Below, one piece after another: positions 26,590 through 40,940 of a DNA stretch of 64,000 nt. How positions within the stretch are numbered: position 1 is the stretch's first letter; the number at the start of each line of letters is the position of its first letter. The stretch is from Monocercomonoides exilis PA203 (lineage: Eukaryota > Protista > Preaxostyla). Below the pieces are notes generated by a model. The model was not told the origin of the DNA. It saw only the letters and a program-made list of their open reading frames with translations, and did no database searches. Made by a program: the position numbers and the translations under genes. The stretch spans positions 744,001 through 808,000 of the forward strand of contig LSRY02000008.1 in assembly GCA_001643675.2 (NCBI GenBank). Direction: 5' to 3'.

Positions 26590-28900
26590 CTTCAACAGAA
26601 CAGCGTGCTGCTTCGCCTTCACTTTAAATGTCACCTTCTTCTTTATCCTCTTCCACATCTTCATCTTCATCAACATTCACTTCTTCTTCTTCTTCCCCTT
26701 CACTCACCTCAGACAACTCTCCGTCTTCCACCTCACATTCTGTCTCATCTTCATCCTCTTCTCCTTCTCCTTCTTCTTCTGTTCCATTGCAAACACCTCA
26801 ATCACCTCAGTCATCTCAACCAATTCAATCTATTCAATCAATTCAATCATTAAATACATAGCAATCATATCAATCATATCAATCACCACATGACCCTCAC
26901 TCTTCCATTGCAAAAGCTGACTCCACAGGCAGTTTGCTGCTGAGAAGCAAAGAAACCGTTCAAAAACACTCCTCAAAGGAAACAAATTGAATGCTTCCTT
27001 TCTCTAACAATCAGCTCTATTCATCCACATCCTTCGCTTCTAATCAATCAATGATCTTATCTTCCCCTTCAGCTGTGCCTGCGAAATCAATCCATGGAAG
27101 AACGAAGAGCGATGTGATTAATTCTGGAACTTCTGTTTCTTCTTCTGCTGCTTCTTCTTCTTCACAATCTTCACATCCTTCTCAGCACCTCCACGCACAA
27201 CAAAGCACGTTCCAGCCTTTTTCTCTCAAGTCCTCCCTCCGCTTTGACGAGCTGCAATCCCATTCAACATCCTCTTTCCTTCGCTCTATCAGCAATTCTT
27301 CTTCTTCTTTATCTTCTTCTTTCAAAAGACGTTCAATGCTCTGTGAAAGGCCTCTTGTTCTGCAGTCGTCACGTGCGCCGGCAGCCTCGCTTTATCTGCG
27401 TCTGCCGTCAGACGAGGTGGAAGTGCTGAGAGGAGTGACATCGCTCCTCTGGTCGATGAAGGCTGCTCTTTCTTTGCTTTCTCCGCTTGGCGAAGAAAAC
27501 AACAGTAACCGCAACTGCAATAGAAGCAGCAGAAGTGATAGAAGTGATAGAAGTGATAGAATCACAGATTATCCTCTTTTTGCAGGTGAAGATGGAAACA
27601 CAGCCAAACTCGGTTGCCTTCTGCCTTCTTCTGCTTCCTCAAAGCACTTGGCAATGCTGACAAAAGCGAGTACAGGAAGATTGTTTGTTTCACCAGGCAA
27701 AGGTGAGGGACAAATACATTCTCATTCGCAGTCACAGACACTGATGAAAACACAGACACATACACAGAATCGCACACAGTCAACCATATTCTCTCCAAAG
27801 AAGCGAGCAGGGTCGTTCACATCCTCAATGTTTACGAGAGAAGTGACCAGCTGCAGGATTCAGCTTTTGTGTGGGACTGTCCTTCCGTTTAACCCGTTTC
27901 TATCGCGTATGATGGCATTGGTGGATGGGAAGCATGTGCAGTGTTCTTCACAAATCAAAAGCAATTAACTAGTCCTCCGGAAAAACCAGTTATCTTCCTC
28001 AGATGCATACCTTTTTGTCTTCATCAAGCTCATTGGTGTCTTCTTTGAACACAGATTCATATGGTCTTTCAAAGAGAATGTCAAAAACACAACACACAAC
28101 AAAGCATTCCATCAACCATTCAGCAGCTGTCGTTGAAGACTCTCAGCTCAACTATTCCGATCAAAAAGGCAGAGGCAGATCAAATTCAGTTCCTTAATTC
28201 AACAAAACTTAATCAACAGCAAATATTTCTTCTTCTTCTTCTTCCTCAGAATCCTCGTCTCCCATCCACATCTCCCACCCAAATAGTATCCGCTCCTTTT
28301 TCACCACTGCCGCCAGACTAATATCATGCACATACGTATTCTTCCCCCACCGCGCCTCGTTCTTGCTGAACTCCAATGGCTTCATCTCCACCTCCGTGCT
28401 CCCCGAGCTCTCCCCACATACATAAACTTGCATCGCCCACTGAACTGCGAACACAAACACATTGAATTTGTTCATCCTAATGCTGCTTTACTGTTTTTGC
28501 TTCAGATACTTCTCAGCTCCAAGATCCGCTGACACAGTTCCGCCTTTCCTGCTTTCTGGAGCACTTATATTCAAAAGATTCATTTCCACAGACTTGTGTG
28601 TCATTTGCACCACTTCAATCACTGTCTCATAAAGCACACTCACTTCATTCTGCAGCACGACACAAGTATTCCTAACCAACAGCTCCAAGCCCATGCCATG
28701 CAAAAGTTATAACTCTTCCGCATCGCATGACTCTGTTTCCTCCTCTGCCTCCAGACTGTTTAACACAGCTTTATTATCCTACACATCCAGCGGATTGCCT
28801 CCCACCATTAACGCATTCTCTGCTCCATTTCCACACCGGTCAGATTCTATTCTCCTTAAATCACATATTTCGTCTTTTCTTTTTGCTTCAGCTCATTCAA
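26590..28900 (+). pseudogene. Cargo in hAT: Ser-rich host gene fragment with stops
   Basis: Consecutive same-strand ORFs 26628-26861, 26991-27968, 28061-28321, 28326-28532 and 28693-29010 separated by stops or frameshifts. Confidence 0.6.
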
Positions 28901-29049
28901 TTTTCAGAAAATTAACTTCGATTTTCTGTCAAAACATAAAAACATTAAAATTCTGTTCTATATTTCAGCTTTTTGGAAAGGTCAAGCGATATGGGAAAGA
29001 AAATGAATAAGTGACAAACAAAATGATCGATTCAATAGATTCAAAACAG

Positions 29050-31870
29050 AAAAAATTTATTCCCATGAGAAATAAAAGACGAAGAAGAGCATTTAGTGTT
29101 CTGTCTGAAATATTGTGGCTACGATCTCCAATTATTTTTCGGGCTTTTAAAAATATTCATTCACAGAATGATTCACTGCATGGCGAAGTTATTATACAGA
29201 AAGCTATATTAGAAAGTATTGTATGTGTTTCACTGAAGGAACCAAAATCTTGATAAAAAATGTAACCATCTTCTTCGATGACTTCTTCTTTCTCTTTTTT
29301 AGTAATAATTCTTTAAAAACACTTCATGTATTGAGACTTTATTCTGTTGTGCCTTTCGTCCGTCATATGATCTAACAAGTCTCTAAAGAATGCCACAATC
29401 CTTCCAAACCAATCAGAAAATAAATAATCCCAAATATTTTTCAAAGTTTGGTTTTCTAAATCAACATTACATTCTTCTATTCTTCTGAAACAAGAAAAAT
29501 TGCTAATGAAATCCACATCACTGTCGCTTTCGTTTTATCTTTCGTTGTTTTCTTCATTTCTCGTTCGTTCTTTTGAATTTGTTGTATTTTCTTTATTAAT
29601 TTGTGCTCTTTCTGATTTGTCTTCTGGCAAACTGTCCGATTTTTCATAACGTTGAGTAGTTTTTCTAGTGCTGTAGAAATTGATAAGATTTGATTGATTG
29701 CATTCATACAGAAATTCATCATCCTTTTCTTCCTCCTCCGCCAAAATCAACCCAAACAAATCTTGTTCTTCAAAATCATCGGTTTCATATCGTTCATCAA
29801 CTCCTTTTGCATTTTCCTATAAATTTGAACAAAGCGTTGATATGAAACAATATAATTCTTGAAGCTTTGAATTTGAAAACTCGACATTTTGAGTTTTTGC
29901 GCAGTTTGTTGCATCAGAAGCAGTGAAAGCTGAAACAGAAACGGTCTCACTTAATTCCTCAATTGCTTTTTCAGAGTTTTCAAAAGCTTTTTGCAGTATT
30001 TCTGTAGAAAGAAATGAAATGTCTTGTAATAAATGATCCGATAAAGTTTTAATATTAGGATTTTGTATTGACAGAAATGGTGTTGAATCATGGAAAATGG
30101 AAAACGTGGGGAATAAGGAAATATTTGTGGAGGATGGGGAAGAAGAAGATAATGATAAAGATAAAGAAGACGATGACGATGATGATGACGAAGATGACGA
30201 CGAATAAGAAGAATGAACAGATAAGTTTTGAATCTGACACATTGATTCAAATGAGTCTTTGCTGCAAGAACGTGATCGAGATTCACTTGATTTTTTGGAC
30301 ACGTAAATTATTGTTTCTGAAACTTAATAAAATAAAATTTTCGAGATAAAAGAAAAATATGAATAGTTTTATAATAATATTTGTTTTTTGAATATATCCA
30401 AACGTTCTCTCAGGTAACAAGTGAATTTGTTGGTTCGATGTTTATTTGATCCTGTTGGAGTTATTGCGTAAGTTGTTGCAAGTAATTGCCCAGAAAAATT
30501 ACAAAGTGGATAGTTATATAACAGAATGACTATATCTGTCAATGCATAATGCCATTCTCCACTCTGGAAATATTCATATATTGAAAAAGAATAAAACAAA
30601 TTCATTGCTTGAATAACAACAGGAAAGGCATCTCCAAGTTTATAGATTCTTTTTCAAAAATCAGATGCATCGAATAAAGTGGATACAGCAACAATTCAGA
30701 AAGTGCAATTTCAAATATTTCTTTGTCTGAAAGCATTTTCGTTTTGCTTATTATTGATTGATTCTGCCTTATAAAGAAACAAATATTATACAAACACAGC
30801 CATCTTGTAGCAATAAATGTTGGGCATCTTTTTTTCAAACTGTTTCTGAAATTTGATAAATGTGCTTGCTGACTGAATTTAATAATCAATTCCTTCATTT
30901 GCTTCAGTTTTGCATTTTCCGAAAAAGCGTGACTGACAACCAAATTGATTAAATGATTAAGACATCTGACAAAAATTGGTCTTGGATAATTATATGCACG
31001 TGATGAACCACACAATTCCGTCCAATCATTTGTTGATATTCTATTCAAAGCCAAAACTTGTGGTTTCAGTCCATCCGAGCACAAAGCTCTGACAGAACAT
31101 CTATAAGCACTCAACTCGGTCATTATTTCTGTTCCCAAATTGTAATAATCGGATTCTGATCCACAGCCTTTGTACAACTTCCAAAAGATAGGTTTTGATA
31201 ATTGATCCATTGTTGTTACGCCAACTGCAGTTTAGCTTCCTCCCCCAACAACTCCTCCGTCAATTACAACTCCAAGGGGATTGTTCGAAATTATAGAAAC
31301 TGCTTTTTCAATTTTCTTTGAATTCGTTTTATGAAGCAGTCTACTCACATTTCTCTCTGTTAAGCGATGGAAAATATCTTCTCTGCTCATGTGTGGATTC
31401 GCTTGTGATGACTTTATTAATGCTGTAATAAAATCATTGAATTCATTTGTTACAACTGATAGAAAAGAAATATTGCTTAGGGCAACGATATTGATGAAAG
31501 ATTCAGTGAGCTCTCCTTTCAATGTTGTTTCAGAACAGCTATTGTCAAACTTCGAATTAACTGACCGTGTTGATAAATTGGACTTCTGTGAAAAGAACAA
31601 TGATATCTGATTATTCTGAATTAAATTACATTTGTGATTATAAATCATAAAGTAGTCCTTTCGACCTGTCACTCCACAAGCAACACCATCTTTCTCACAT
31701 GGACACATGAAAAGTCTGTTCAAATCCTTTTTCGAAGTTCTGTTTTTATTCAAAGGAGTGAATGCAATAAACAATTCGCGATCAACGACGTCGAGAGTAG
31801 GTTTGGAAATGATTAATTCTTCCTGCATTGGATGATAATAACTTATGAAAAAATTAAATATTAGTTCCAA
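29050..31870 (-). pseudogene. hAT transposase, decayed
   Basis: Cys/His finger CPC..C..HKC, NISFLSV, GVVIDGG, CSDG, RCLNHLINL, IATRW. C-terminal dimerisation motif TSPCSESFCE*IFLKARKIIGDR at about 29130-29195. Confidence 0.85.
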
Positions 31871-32269
31871 ATTAATTTGAAGAAAAATCTTTTAATTCAA
31901 ACAGTTTGTGTACTCATTGGATTCTATTTTTTTCAGTTTTATCCACTCGCGTCTGTGTGATTTGAGCATTTTCTCAGTTTCTTTATACATCTCGAACTTT
32001 TTTGATCAAGAAGAATAAAAAAGTGTTATTGAAAATACAAAAAAAATAAAAATAAAAATAAAAACTATTAACAAACTATTTCTGGGTTTTTTAATGAAGA
32101 AAAAAATATTTGTGAGGCATCCATGAATAACAAATAAAGAAATTTTGCTGAATGCCTTATTGACAAGAATTACGTCAGTGACAGGCAGTGACGCGAAGGC
32201 CTTAGTATTTATACCATTAAAAATTGATCACGACACAACCCATTGTTCATACAAAAATTGAAAATGAAC

Positions 32270-32545
32270 ATTTGGGACAAAGTATTTGACTTCAGGCATT
32301 TTCATTGAAAAATTTTGCATCTTTGATGAACTTTTTGTGATCAAAAAATATGAAACAAATGGATTTATTTTTTGTAATTCGTTTGAGGTCACAAAACTTT
32401 TAGTTATTTCATCAATGATGTTTGTTCGCATTAATGAAAATCTAATTTGTTTTGAAATCAAGTTAAGATTGAAAATGGTGTGATTGAAACAATTTTTTCT
32501 AGCAGAGTGCATAAAAAACTTTAAAGTCCATTTTTTCCCCCATTT
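32270..32545. repeat. Dispersed ~280-bp AT-rich repeat (probable MITE); other copies at ~50400-50690 and ~63560-63830
   Basis: Shared ttttcattgaaaaattttg..gtcacaaaactt..ttttgaaatc core in all three. Confidence 0.65.
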
Positions 32546-33614
32546 ATAAAAAAGAAAAAAATTTAAAAAACCCTCTAAATAATGAAAGATGAATTACAAA
32601 AAAATAACAATTATTCTTTGCATGTCTTGTTTTTTATTTTTTAATATTTTTTTATAAGTATATGCAATTTTTTCAGTCACGTCATGTCACTCCTAAAATG
32701 TTCACGTCAGAAGGCATGTGACGCAGATGTTTATATGCATTTCCAGTTATTTAACGTTGGCTACAAGCTTGTATTAAGCCGTAGCCAGCTCCACAAAAAA
32801 AAAGGTGGGGGTTAAAATAAAGGTCAGAGAAAAAGTGTAACCCTATTCCAATTCAATATCCTCCTCCTTTGCTTTTCGGTTTTCAAACGCACCATTGGAA
32901 CCTTTTCCTGATTACTATCGTTAGAAACCATGGAACTTTTCAAATCTCAAACTTTTTCAAAAAATTCATATTTTTCAACAAAGTTTAAAAATTAAATTAT
33001 GATAATTCATGCATTTACACATCAGTATATAACATATATAATCATGTGCAAATTTTTATTTATAGTGCTGTATTTATGAAGAAATAAATAATTTTTATTT
33101 TTGGAAATCTGACTTTTGAAGAATTTTTCTGTTTTAATAAAACGATTCAGTTCATCTTTTATATATAAAACTTATTTTTATTTTATTGTTAACTGTTCTG
33201 GTTATTTTTCTTATTCGGCAATTTGCTCTTTCCAACGGAATGAAAAGCTGTCATTTTGAAAAATGCTTTTTTTTCAAAGAACACAAATGATTGAAAATAT
33301 ACTTGAAATAAATTGAGAAACTGAGATCAATAAAAGAAAATATTGTGGGAATGCATACTTTTCCATTTAAAGAGCAGAGAACTTTTATTTGTGAGAAAAA
33401 CCGCAATCTCAAACAACTCATTATTAATGGAGTGAGCTCTGCATTATGGGCTCAGCCGATAATAAAACTTGAAAGGTTACAATTATGTTGGAAGGACCTG
33501 TATAAAAACTGATCGAGATATTCCTTCCATGTGGTTATTCTGGCTGTATAGGAATTGCACATTTCATCTCCATTCCAACTTCAGGTGCACACAACTTCCA
33601 ATTCCCAGCAATAT

Positions 33615-36600
33615 GGGTGATTATTTTTGATATCATAAAAAATTCCTACATTTGATCGAAAAATTTTTTCATTAAGGGTGGGATTGATAAAAAAATTTTT
33701 TTGCAAAATAATACGAAAATATTACTTAATTCATTATTATAATTAATTATTTGTTGATTTTTTATGTTACCAATTGTTTTTATTTCATATTTTGAAAAAA
33801 ATATTATAAATAATTCAAAAAATATCAAAACTTAAAAAAACCAAAGCTTTCTGGAAAAATGAACATGATAACAATAATTGCGAAAAAATAGTGAAGAAAT
33901 TTTAATTCGCAAAAATTTGTTATATAATGTGATTGAAATTGAAAAAAAATAAGATTGGTTGAAATCGATAAATATTAATAGAAATCATCAATTTTTGACA
34001 ATTAATAATTTTCATAGTTGATTCACCCACGTTCGCTTCTCTTTCAATTGTTTTGTAATCATCCTCTTTTGAAAAATGCAAAATTATTGTTTCTTGTCAA
34101 TTTCACGCTTATCATCCAGAAACTCCTTTTTCCAAGAATTAGATATTCAATTTCCATCCCCATCTCTCAACCATGTGCACTTTCCATATGAATTCAATTT
34201 TTCAATCGGATGGTCGGCCTAAGCAATGAGCTATTCTGCTTTCATTCGTTTTTATTCATTTCGACCTCCTGCCCTGAAAATGAAACACAAAAACAGTCAA
34301 CAGGCAAATATTCATATAAAGAAAAATGAATAAAGACAAAACTGCCCATCGTCTGTTTTTTGTCAAACACACTCATTTCCGTAGCCATCATCATTCCAAA
34401 GATAAATCAATCTTTTCATTTAAGCTTCAGAATGGTTGAAATGCAGCATGGAATGCATCTCCACAAAATACATCGTGTATCTCACTGGAGGGTCTTTTCA
34501 GCCCGTACACATTGTGGTGGCTGTCCAGAGGTGTTTTTTCTGGTTTTGTCATGATCATCTTCTCTAATAATATTCTCAACCACCAAAAGAAGTATTTGAG
34601 GTTTATCTCATCAACGCCATGCACATGAGGGATATGGGGCAGAGAAGAGATAGAAGAGAATTATTTGTGGGAAGGGGAGGAAGTTGAGTGTTTTTTGGAA
34701 TGTTAATATTTCAAGAGGGGTTTTTGAATGAACAAAATTTGGAGACAAAGGGGTGAGGAAGGAACAGGCAGAGATTTATAGAAGAAAATGTAGAAAATAT
34801 ATAGAGAAGTGGCTGAGGACGATGAAGAAGGTGATTATTGTTGACTGGAGAAATGGAATTTGAAAAAAAGGAAAAGAGGGCAAAGGCGGGAAAGAAAAAG
34901 AAAATTGAGAAGTGTTTAAATGGAAGGAGGGATATTTTTTAATGAGAGGAGAAGATATTTTGGAAGATACTGCGAAAGATGAAGAAAAGGAAGGGAATTG
35001 ATATTTTCTGAGTGTTTTGTGAGCTGAATGGAAGAGGAAAATGGAAAGGAATGGAAATTGAGAATAATTAACATTTTCAATTTCTGAGTGAAGGGCAGAA
35101 CATTTTCAAAAAGAAAGTCAACGAACTGCGGATATCATTTTTCATCAAATAATTTCAGTCAGCCTTTCACAAATATTGCGATTACGATTGTGTCACCATA
35201 TATGAAATCAACTCATTGAATAAAACATTTGGTCCAATCAACGACTTCAAACAAATTATTTTCTACTTCTTGAATTTCGTTCGACTGATTTCACATTTTT
35301 CAATTGCTTCATCTTCTTTGCCTTCTTCACATTCATCTCTGTTGATCCTCTCACTTCCGTCTGGGTCATAGAATCGAACCAATCATAGATTATCTTGTCT
35401 TTCTTCTGAAGTTCATGAAAGCTATTGGAATATGAGAGTCTGTTTCTATGATACTCACGAATCATTTTTTGGAGAGCTATTCGGATCACAATATTCGTTT
35501 TCTGCGTAATCAAATAGCGTCATTGCGTGCTTGAAAAGATATTTTTTATTATCAAAAATGTTAAAGGACATCCATTTTGACTATTATTTTGTGTTTGTGT
35601 GTGCGCTTGCTGTTTGAACTTGTGTCCAGATGAATTTGAAAGCATGTGCTTTTTCATTTTGTTCTGAATTGGAAGGACGTTTCAAACTTATTCTTGGGAT
35701 TTTCGACAATTACCCCGTGGACAGAGAAAATTTGGAGTGGTTTGCGTTTTTGTCATTTTATTTTAATTGATATTTTTGTCAACTCGTTTGTTATTTCTGT
35801 TGCTATTTTCTGCATTTCTGGGGTGCTTAACAAACAACATACTTTTCACTTCATCAACACAGGCTTCAATCATTTGTTGGGCGTGTTCTTTCTGGCATCT
35901 TCAGCCTTGCAGGTACTCGGCATGCTGTGTCATCGGCCTCTTTGCAACCGATCGGATCAGAGGCGCCAGCGATCCCCATTGCATAGCGAGAAAGGCGGTT
36001 TATTAAGTCGTTGGGGAAGCAGCAGAAAACACACGCAGCCAACGATCCACGCTTTCCTGCACAAATTCCTGTAGAGTTACCACTCCCTTTTGCAGCATGC
36101 ACTCCTCCCCTTCCATCTGCACAGCCTCGCTCTGATTGCATGGGCAGCTCATTGATTGGGCAAGACAAGACGGACATTTCTCTTTCAGCAGCCAGAGATG
36201 GAACATCTGGCTCTGTTCAGATCCCGCAGATTCCTCTGTCTTCAAACAGATCGTCCTGTTCCTCTTCCTCACCTTCTTCGAATTCTTCTTCTCCCTCTTC
36301 TTCTCCCTCTTCTTCTTCTTCTTCTTCACATCCTCCTCCTTTTTCATTATTCTCTTCATCATCATCACCACCAACAATGCATTCTGCAGCTTCGCTGAAT
36401 GTGCATTTGAACTGCTTTCCTCTTCTGCAGTGGCGCATTCCGCTCTGCTTCAGATTTTCGTACAGCTTCAGCGCTCCGGCTGTACTGAACAGCGTGAATG
36501 AGGTGAATGGGCATCGAATGAGAAATGGCGGTGGAAGAGGGAAGGAGCTTCAAGGCACATTGTATTCATCTGCTCGCTTTATGATACTGCCAAGAAGCGA

Positions 36601-38382
36601 AGAGAGAGAAGTTCAAGTTCAAATGGAAGAGGCAAAGAAGGCGGATTTCAGGAGCAAGTTAAGCTCAGAGCAGAGGAAAGGAAGACAGCAGGAAGAGCCA
36701 AAGGCGAAGACGAAGAAGAAGGAGAAAGACGAGTTTTGCACATCACAAATTGATGCATTCGACACAAGGCTTCCACAGGCAGTAACAGAAAGGAGGAGGA
36801 GGGACAGGTGAAGAGAAGAAGGAGGTGATGATAAAGATGAACAACAGCAGGTGTATTGCTTGCTCGACAGCACACTCAAAACATCACAGCCTCCTCAGCA
36901 TTTGCTTCTCCTCCTTTTTCTCCCTTGCCACACACATAGTTGTCTTCCCCTTCTGTTCTTGTTGGAACTCCTCCAAAACCACTCTCTCCTTCATCTCCAG
37001 TCACATGTACCTCTTCACTCACGCAGAAGTCCTTCGACATGTCTTGCCCAAGCTCTGCGTCTTTATCGAACATGTCTTCTTCATTTTCTTCTTCTCTTTC
37101 TCCTTTTCATTTTATTTCTTTCTTCTCGCAGACACCGCTTGTGAATGTGCCAATCCCTTATGAGATTCTCAGGAAGAGCAGATTGGACAAGGCTGGTATG
37201 TTTGGGAGAAGCAGCGCGTCATTCATGAGGGATGTGCTGAGCTGCAGATGATGGTATTGAACCACACAGCTTATGTGGTTGGATTGAAAATTCTTGTGGG
37301 CAGTGAGAAGGAAGTGAAGGGAGAGAAGGTAGAGACAGAAGAAGACCCAGAAATGATGTCTTTCATGAAAGAGGATGAAAGCAACAAAAAGGAGGAATAA
37401 GCCTGTGAAGATTTTGACCATAATTTGATTTGACTTTCTGCCTGAATTCAGGACTCAAAGAAGGATTCAGCAGTTGATTATCGAAACGCCATCCACTTTC
37501 TCAACATATGCATCTGCAAGCACATCAAGTTCATTCTTTTCTTTATCATTTTCAACTTTATCATCATCATCATCTTCTTCTTCTTTTTCTTTCTGGAATT
37601 CGAAATCAACATCTTCCTCCTCCTCTTCTTTTTCCTCTTCCTCTTCCTCTTCTTCTTCATCCTCCTTTCATCACCTCATCGCTCACGCAGCGGCCAATGA
37701 ACTTAATGTGAAGGCAAATTAGTTTTAAGAGGAGATTAACAAGCAATCAGAGCTATCGAGGTTTGCAACGAGAAGAATTTCACAGAAAGTGCTGGAGAGA
37801 AATCAAGCAACTTCAGAGACATGTTCAAAAGGAGGATTTTGAAGAAGCTGAGTTGAAATGTGAAAAATATGAGTTCGAATCAGTTTTATTCATTGATTAT
37901 AGATTTCCTCGTATTTCATTCAGTGTTTGATGAAGCAACTGAATCGAAAAGAAAGGACTGATATTTTGTTATGATATTTCAGTTGAAGTCAAAAATAATG
38001 TGAAGAAAACCAATATCTTTCATGATTTAAAAGTTATTTAATCTATTAATTGTAACAATCTTTTTAACAAACTTTTTCAATAAAGTTTTTCAAAGTATTC
38101 TTTATTTATTTGGATAGTTTAGTGAGTTGAGAAACTTGATATCTATCTTTAATAGTTTTATTTTTTTATTTTTCTCATTCTTTTTTCTTGATCAATAAAT
38201 ACATTTTTCGCTGAAAACATAAAAAGGTATGTTTTTTTAAATATGAACAAAACAAACAATGTTGTGATTATATAAGCCATGTTCTTCTCAAAAATCGATA
38301 TTTTATAGATGATCTTAAGTTCTACAATTATATTTATTATTTCATTTTTTGATCTTTTTTTATGATGTCAAAATAAACACCC
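33615..38382. mobile_element. 4.8-kb non-autonomous Sola2-type element filled with host gene fragments
   Basis: ATAT|GGGTGATTATTTTTGATATCATAAAAAA ... TTTTTTTATGATGTCAAAATAAACACCC|ATAT; DIRS sequence on both sides. Confidence 0.8.
35940..37900. pseudogene. Cargo: mosaic of low-complexity host gene fragments on both strands
   Basis: ORF 36011-36811 (+) and acidic tracts alternating in strand, with many stops. Confidence 0.45.
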
Positions 38383-39049
38383 ATATTGGCGATCTCCTCA
38401 ACTACCTCAAAAACCTCATCATCAATCAGTTCATCTTGCACATCTCACTCACAAAAACAACCACGATTTGAAGCAGCCAAATTCTGCTTTGCGGAAAACT
38501 TGCAGAGTCCAGCATTTGCGTATCATGTTGATCAAGGAGGTCTATTTCAGACATTGCAAGATTTTGAATCCTTGTCTATCCCCACCTTCCTTCCATCTAC
38601 GATCCATACACATTCACAATTTCAAAGTTGGTTATCCTATGCTTTCGATGAAGGAACGTGCAACTCTGTGTCCTTATAGTCACCTGCTTTGAAAGCGATG
38701 TTGATGGCAACACGCAATTAAACAGAAAAAGCACAAAAAATCCAGTGAGATGCAATGATGCTTACAGTCGCAGCTCTCCGAGCTGCACGCCACATGCGCA
38801 TCCAAGCCAAATTCGGTTTCAAGGAAGCCAAAACACTTCAGGAAGAAAAGGATGATCCGTTACTGACAACAGATAAGCTGGAGAGGATAAAACCAATTTT
38901 GCAGGCCAGAACAGAGCGGAGACATGTGAGCGCTGTTTCACATTTGTCACAAAGAACAAGGAGAATTGGTTCATGGAGAACTAGATCAACAAGCTCGGGA
39001 ACTTGAAGATCAACACGTTCAGCCTCAAGAAGCAATTTTTTTCGGAGAA

Positions 39050-40940
39050 AGTTGGTGTCCGCACCCAAGCCTTTGCAGAGGAATGGAAGAAGATCGGAGT
39101 GTCAAACTGGATATCAGACGGGTTAAGACCGTTTTGGATGGGGAGAGCTGCAAGAGACAAGTTGAACCAGGAAAAGAAGAAAGGCAGAATCTTCCTGTGC
39201 TGCAGAGAGGAGAAAGAGGCTTGTTTAGAATGAATTCAAGAAGGACTCAAGACAGACATTTAAATGCAGTTAGAAGAAGGAGATGTCTGTTGCTTTAACA
39301 ACAAATTTTTCTGCTCGAAGAAGACAGGGATATTCCGTTTGATCCTCGATTGCTGTCCACTCAATGCCGCACTGAAAAATATGCATTTCAAAATGGAAGA
39401 CCATTGCACTGTGGAGAGGTTGATCCGGAAGGAAGATTTCACAACCTTGCTTGATATTTCTCAGGCTTATTTCCTGATTCAAATTCACAAGGATTTCACC
39501 TCATTCGTTGCATTCAAGTTCGACAAAAGATACTACGGGTTCAAGAGCATGCCCTTCGGATTCAAAGACGCACCGCGAATTTTCACAAAAGTCATGAGAA
39601 AAGTTTCGCAAGAAATCCGAAGAAGATGGAAGGCGAGGTGAATTTTATCCTTGGACGATGTCCTATTACTGGATTTAGATCAAGTCAAGCTGAAGACTGC
39701 AACTCAAGAAATTGTCGAGTGGTTTCAAAAGGAGGGGCTAATCATCAACACTGTGAAGAGCGAGTTTAGTCCCAAGAAGAACTTCAATTATTTCGGATGG
39801 ATATGGAAAACGAGTTGTATGATTGTCTCAGTGGAACAGCAGAGACGCAGGGAACTGAGGAAAGAGTGTATAAAATGGATGAAGAGAGTGAGGAAGAACA
39901 GCTTTGCAAAGACGAGAGACTTCGCTTCATTCATAGGTCAGCTCAGCACTGCATAGTTCGCGTAAAAAAACTCCTCTTTATTCATGAACAAAATGTACCA
40001 TTTATTGAACAAGGAGGTCAAGAAAGATGGTTGGGAAGGAGCGGTTTTCTTGAACAACAGCATAAAAAGACAATTGGACTTCTGAATTCAAAGGCTCAAG
40101 GAGAATTTCATCAGAGAACTGGTGGACTTCTCGAAGCCCGACGCCATATTAACGACAGATGCTTCCCCTTGGGCTTGCGGAGCAACCTTGGCAGTTGGAG
40201 GAGAGAGATTTAACTTTCACAAACAGTTCAGCAACATCACAAGGCTCCAAACATCCAATTTCAAGGAGTTCCTTGCAGTTTTATTGGCTCTCAACAATTT
40301 TTCATTACAAATCACTCGCAACCATGTGTGCAAGATCCTTCTCCGGTCCGACAACACCAGTGTAGTATTCAACATCAACAGGTGGGGTGCGGGAACCAAC
40401 CTCCTGCAGTTATTGAGAAAGATCAAGGCCACATGTCAGTCGATGAAATTGACGATGACAGCAATCCACATTCCAGGGGAGAAAAACACAACCGCAGACG
40501 CATTGTCCAGGTTGGAGGCCGCAGGAGATTATATGATAAGGAGTCAATGTCTGAAGGAAGCGGAGAGGGCTCTCGGAGTGACAGCAGAGATAGACGGCTT
40601 CGCAAACGAAGGAAACAGGAGGAAGGAGATATAGTATGGTCCAGGAAGTCCGTTCGCTCAAGATGGTCTCATCGCAGATTGTACAATAAACACAACGCCC
40701 ATTCCTCCCCCGATTCAGTTGATTCTTCCGAGTCTCAAGAAAACAAAAGCAGAGAAAGCGAATGCGATTATTCTATTTCAGGCATGGAAGAATTAGAAAT
40801 GCAGCAACTTACTGGAAGAGATGATACCTCAATATCACATTTGGAGCTCCTCGAAAACGGTTTTCATCCCTGGAGCAAATTTGATGAGAGCCAGTTCATC
40901 ACTGCCTCCCAGTGGATACATGGTAGTGACACTTTCCTGT
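39050..40940 (+). pseudogene. DIRS pol: RT - RNase H - methyltransferase-like domain
   Basis: FRLILDCCPLN, HFKMED, LDISQAY, MPFG..APRIFTK, LDD (YxDD decayed), TDASPW, NFKEFLAV, RSDNT, HIPGEKNTTADALSR, EIDGFA. Stops at 39639 and 39954. Confidence 0.9.

Larger units (their letters stand above)
24073..32845 (-). mobile_element. 8.8-kb hAT element with decayed transposase and cargo
   Basis: ~90-bp TIRs: TAGAGTTACACTTTT...GTAGCCAACG (24073-24164) and CGTTGGCTAC...AAGTGTAACCCTA (32755-32845). TGAC-rich subterminal motifs. The 8-bp TSD is poor (ttctcaag / ttccaatt). Confidence 0.8.
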
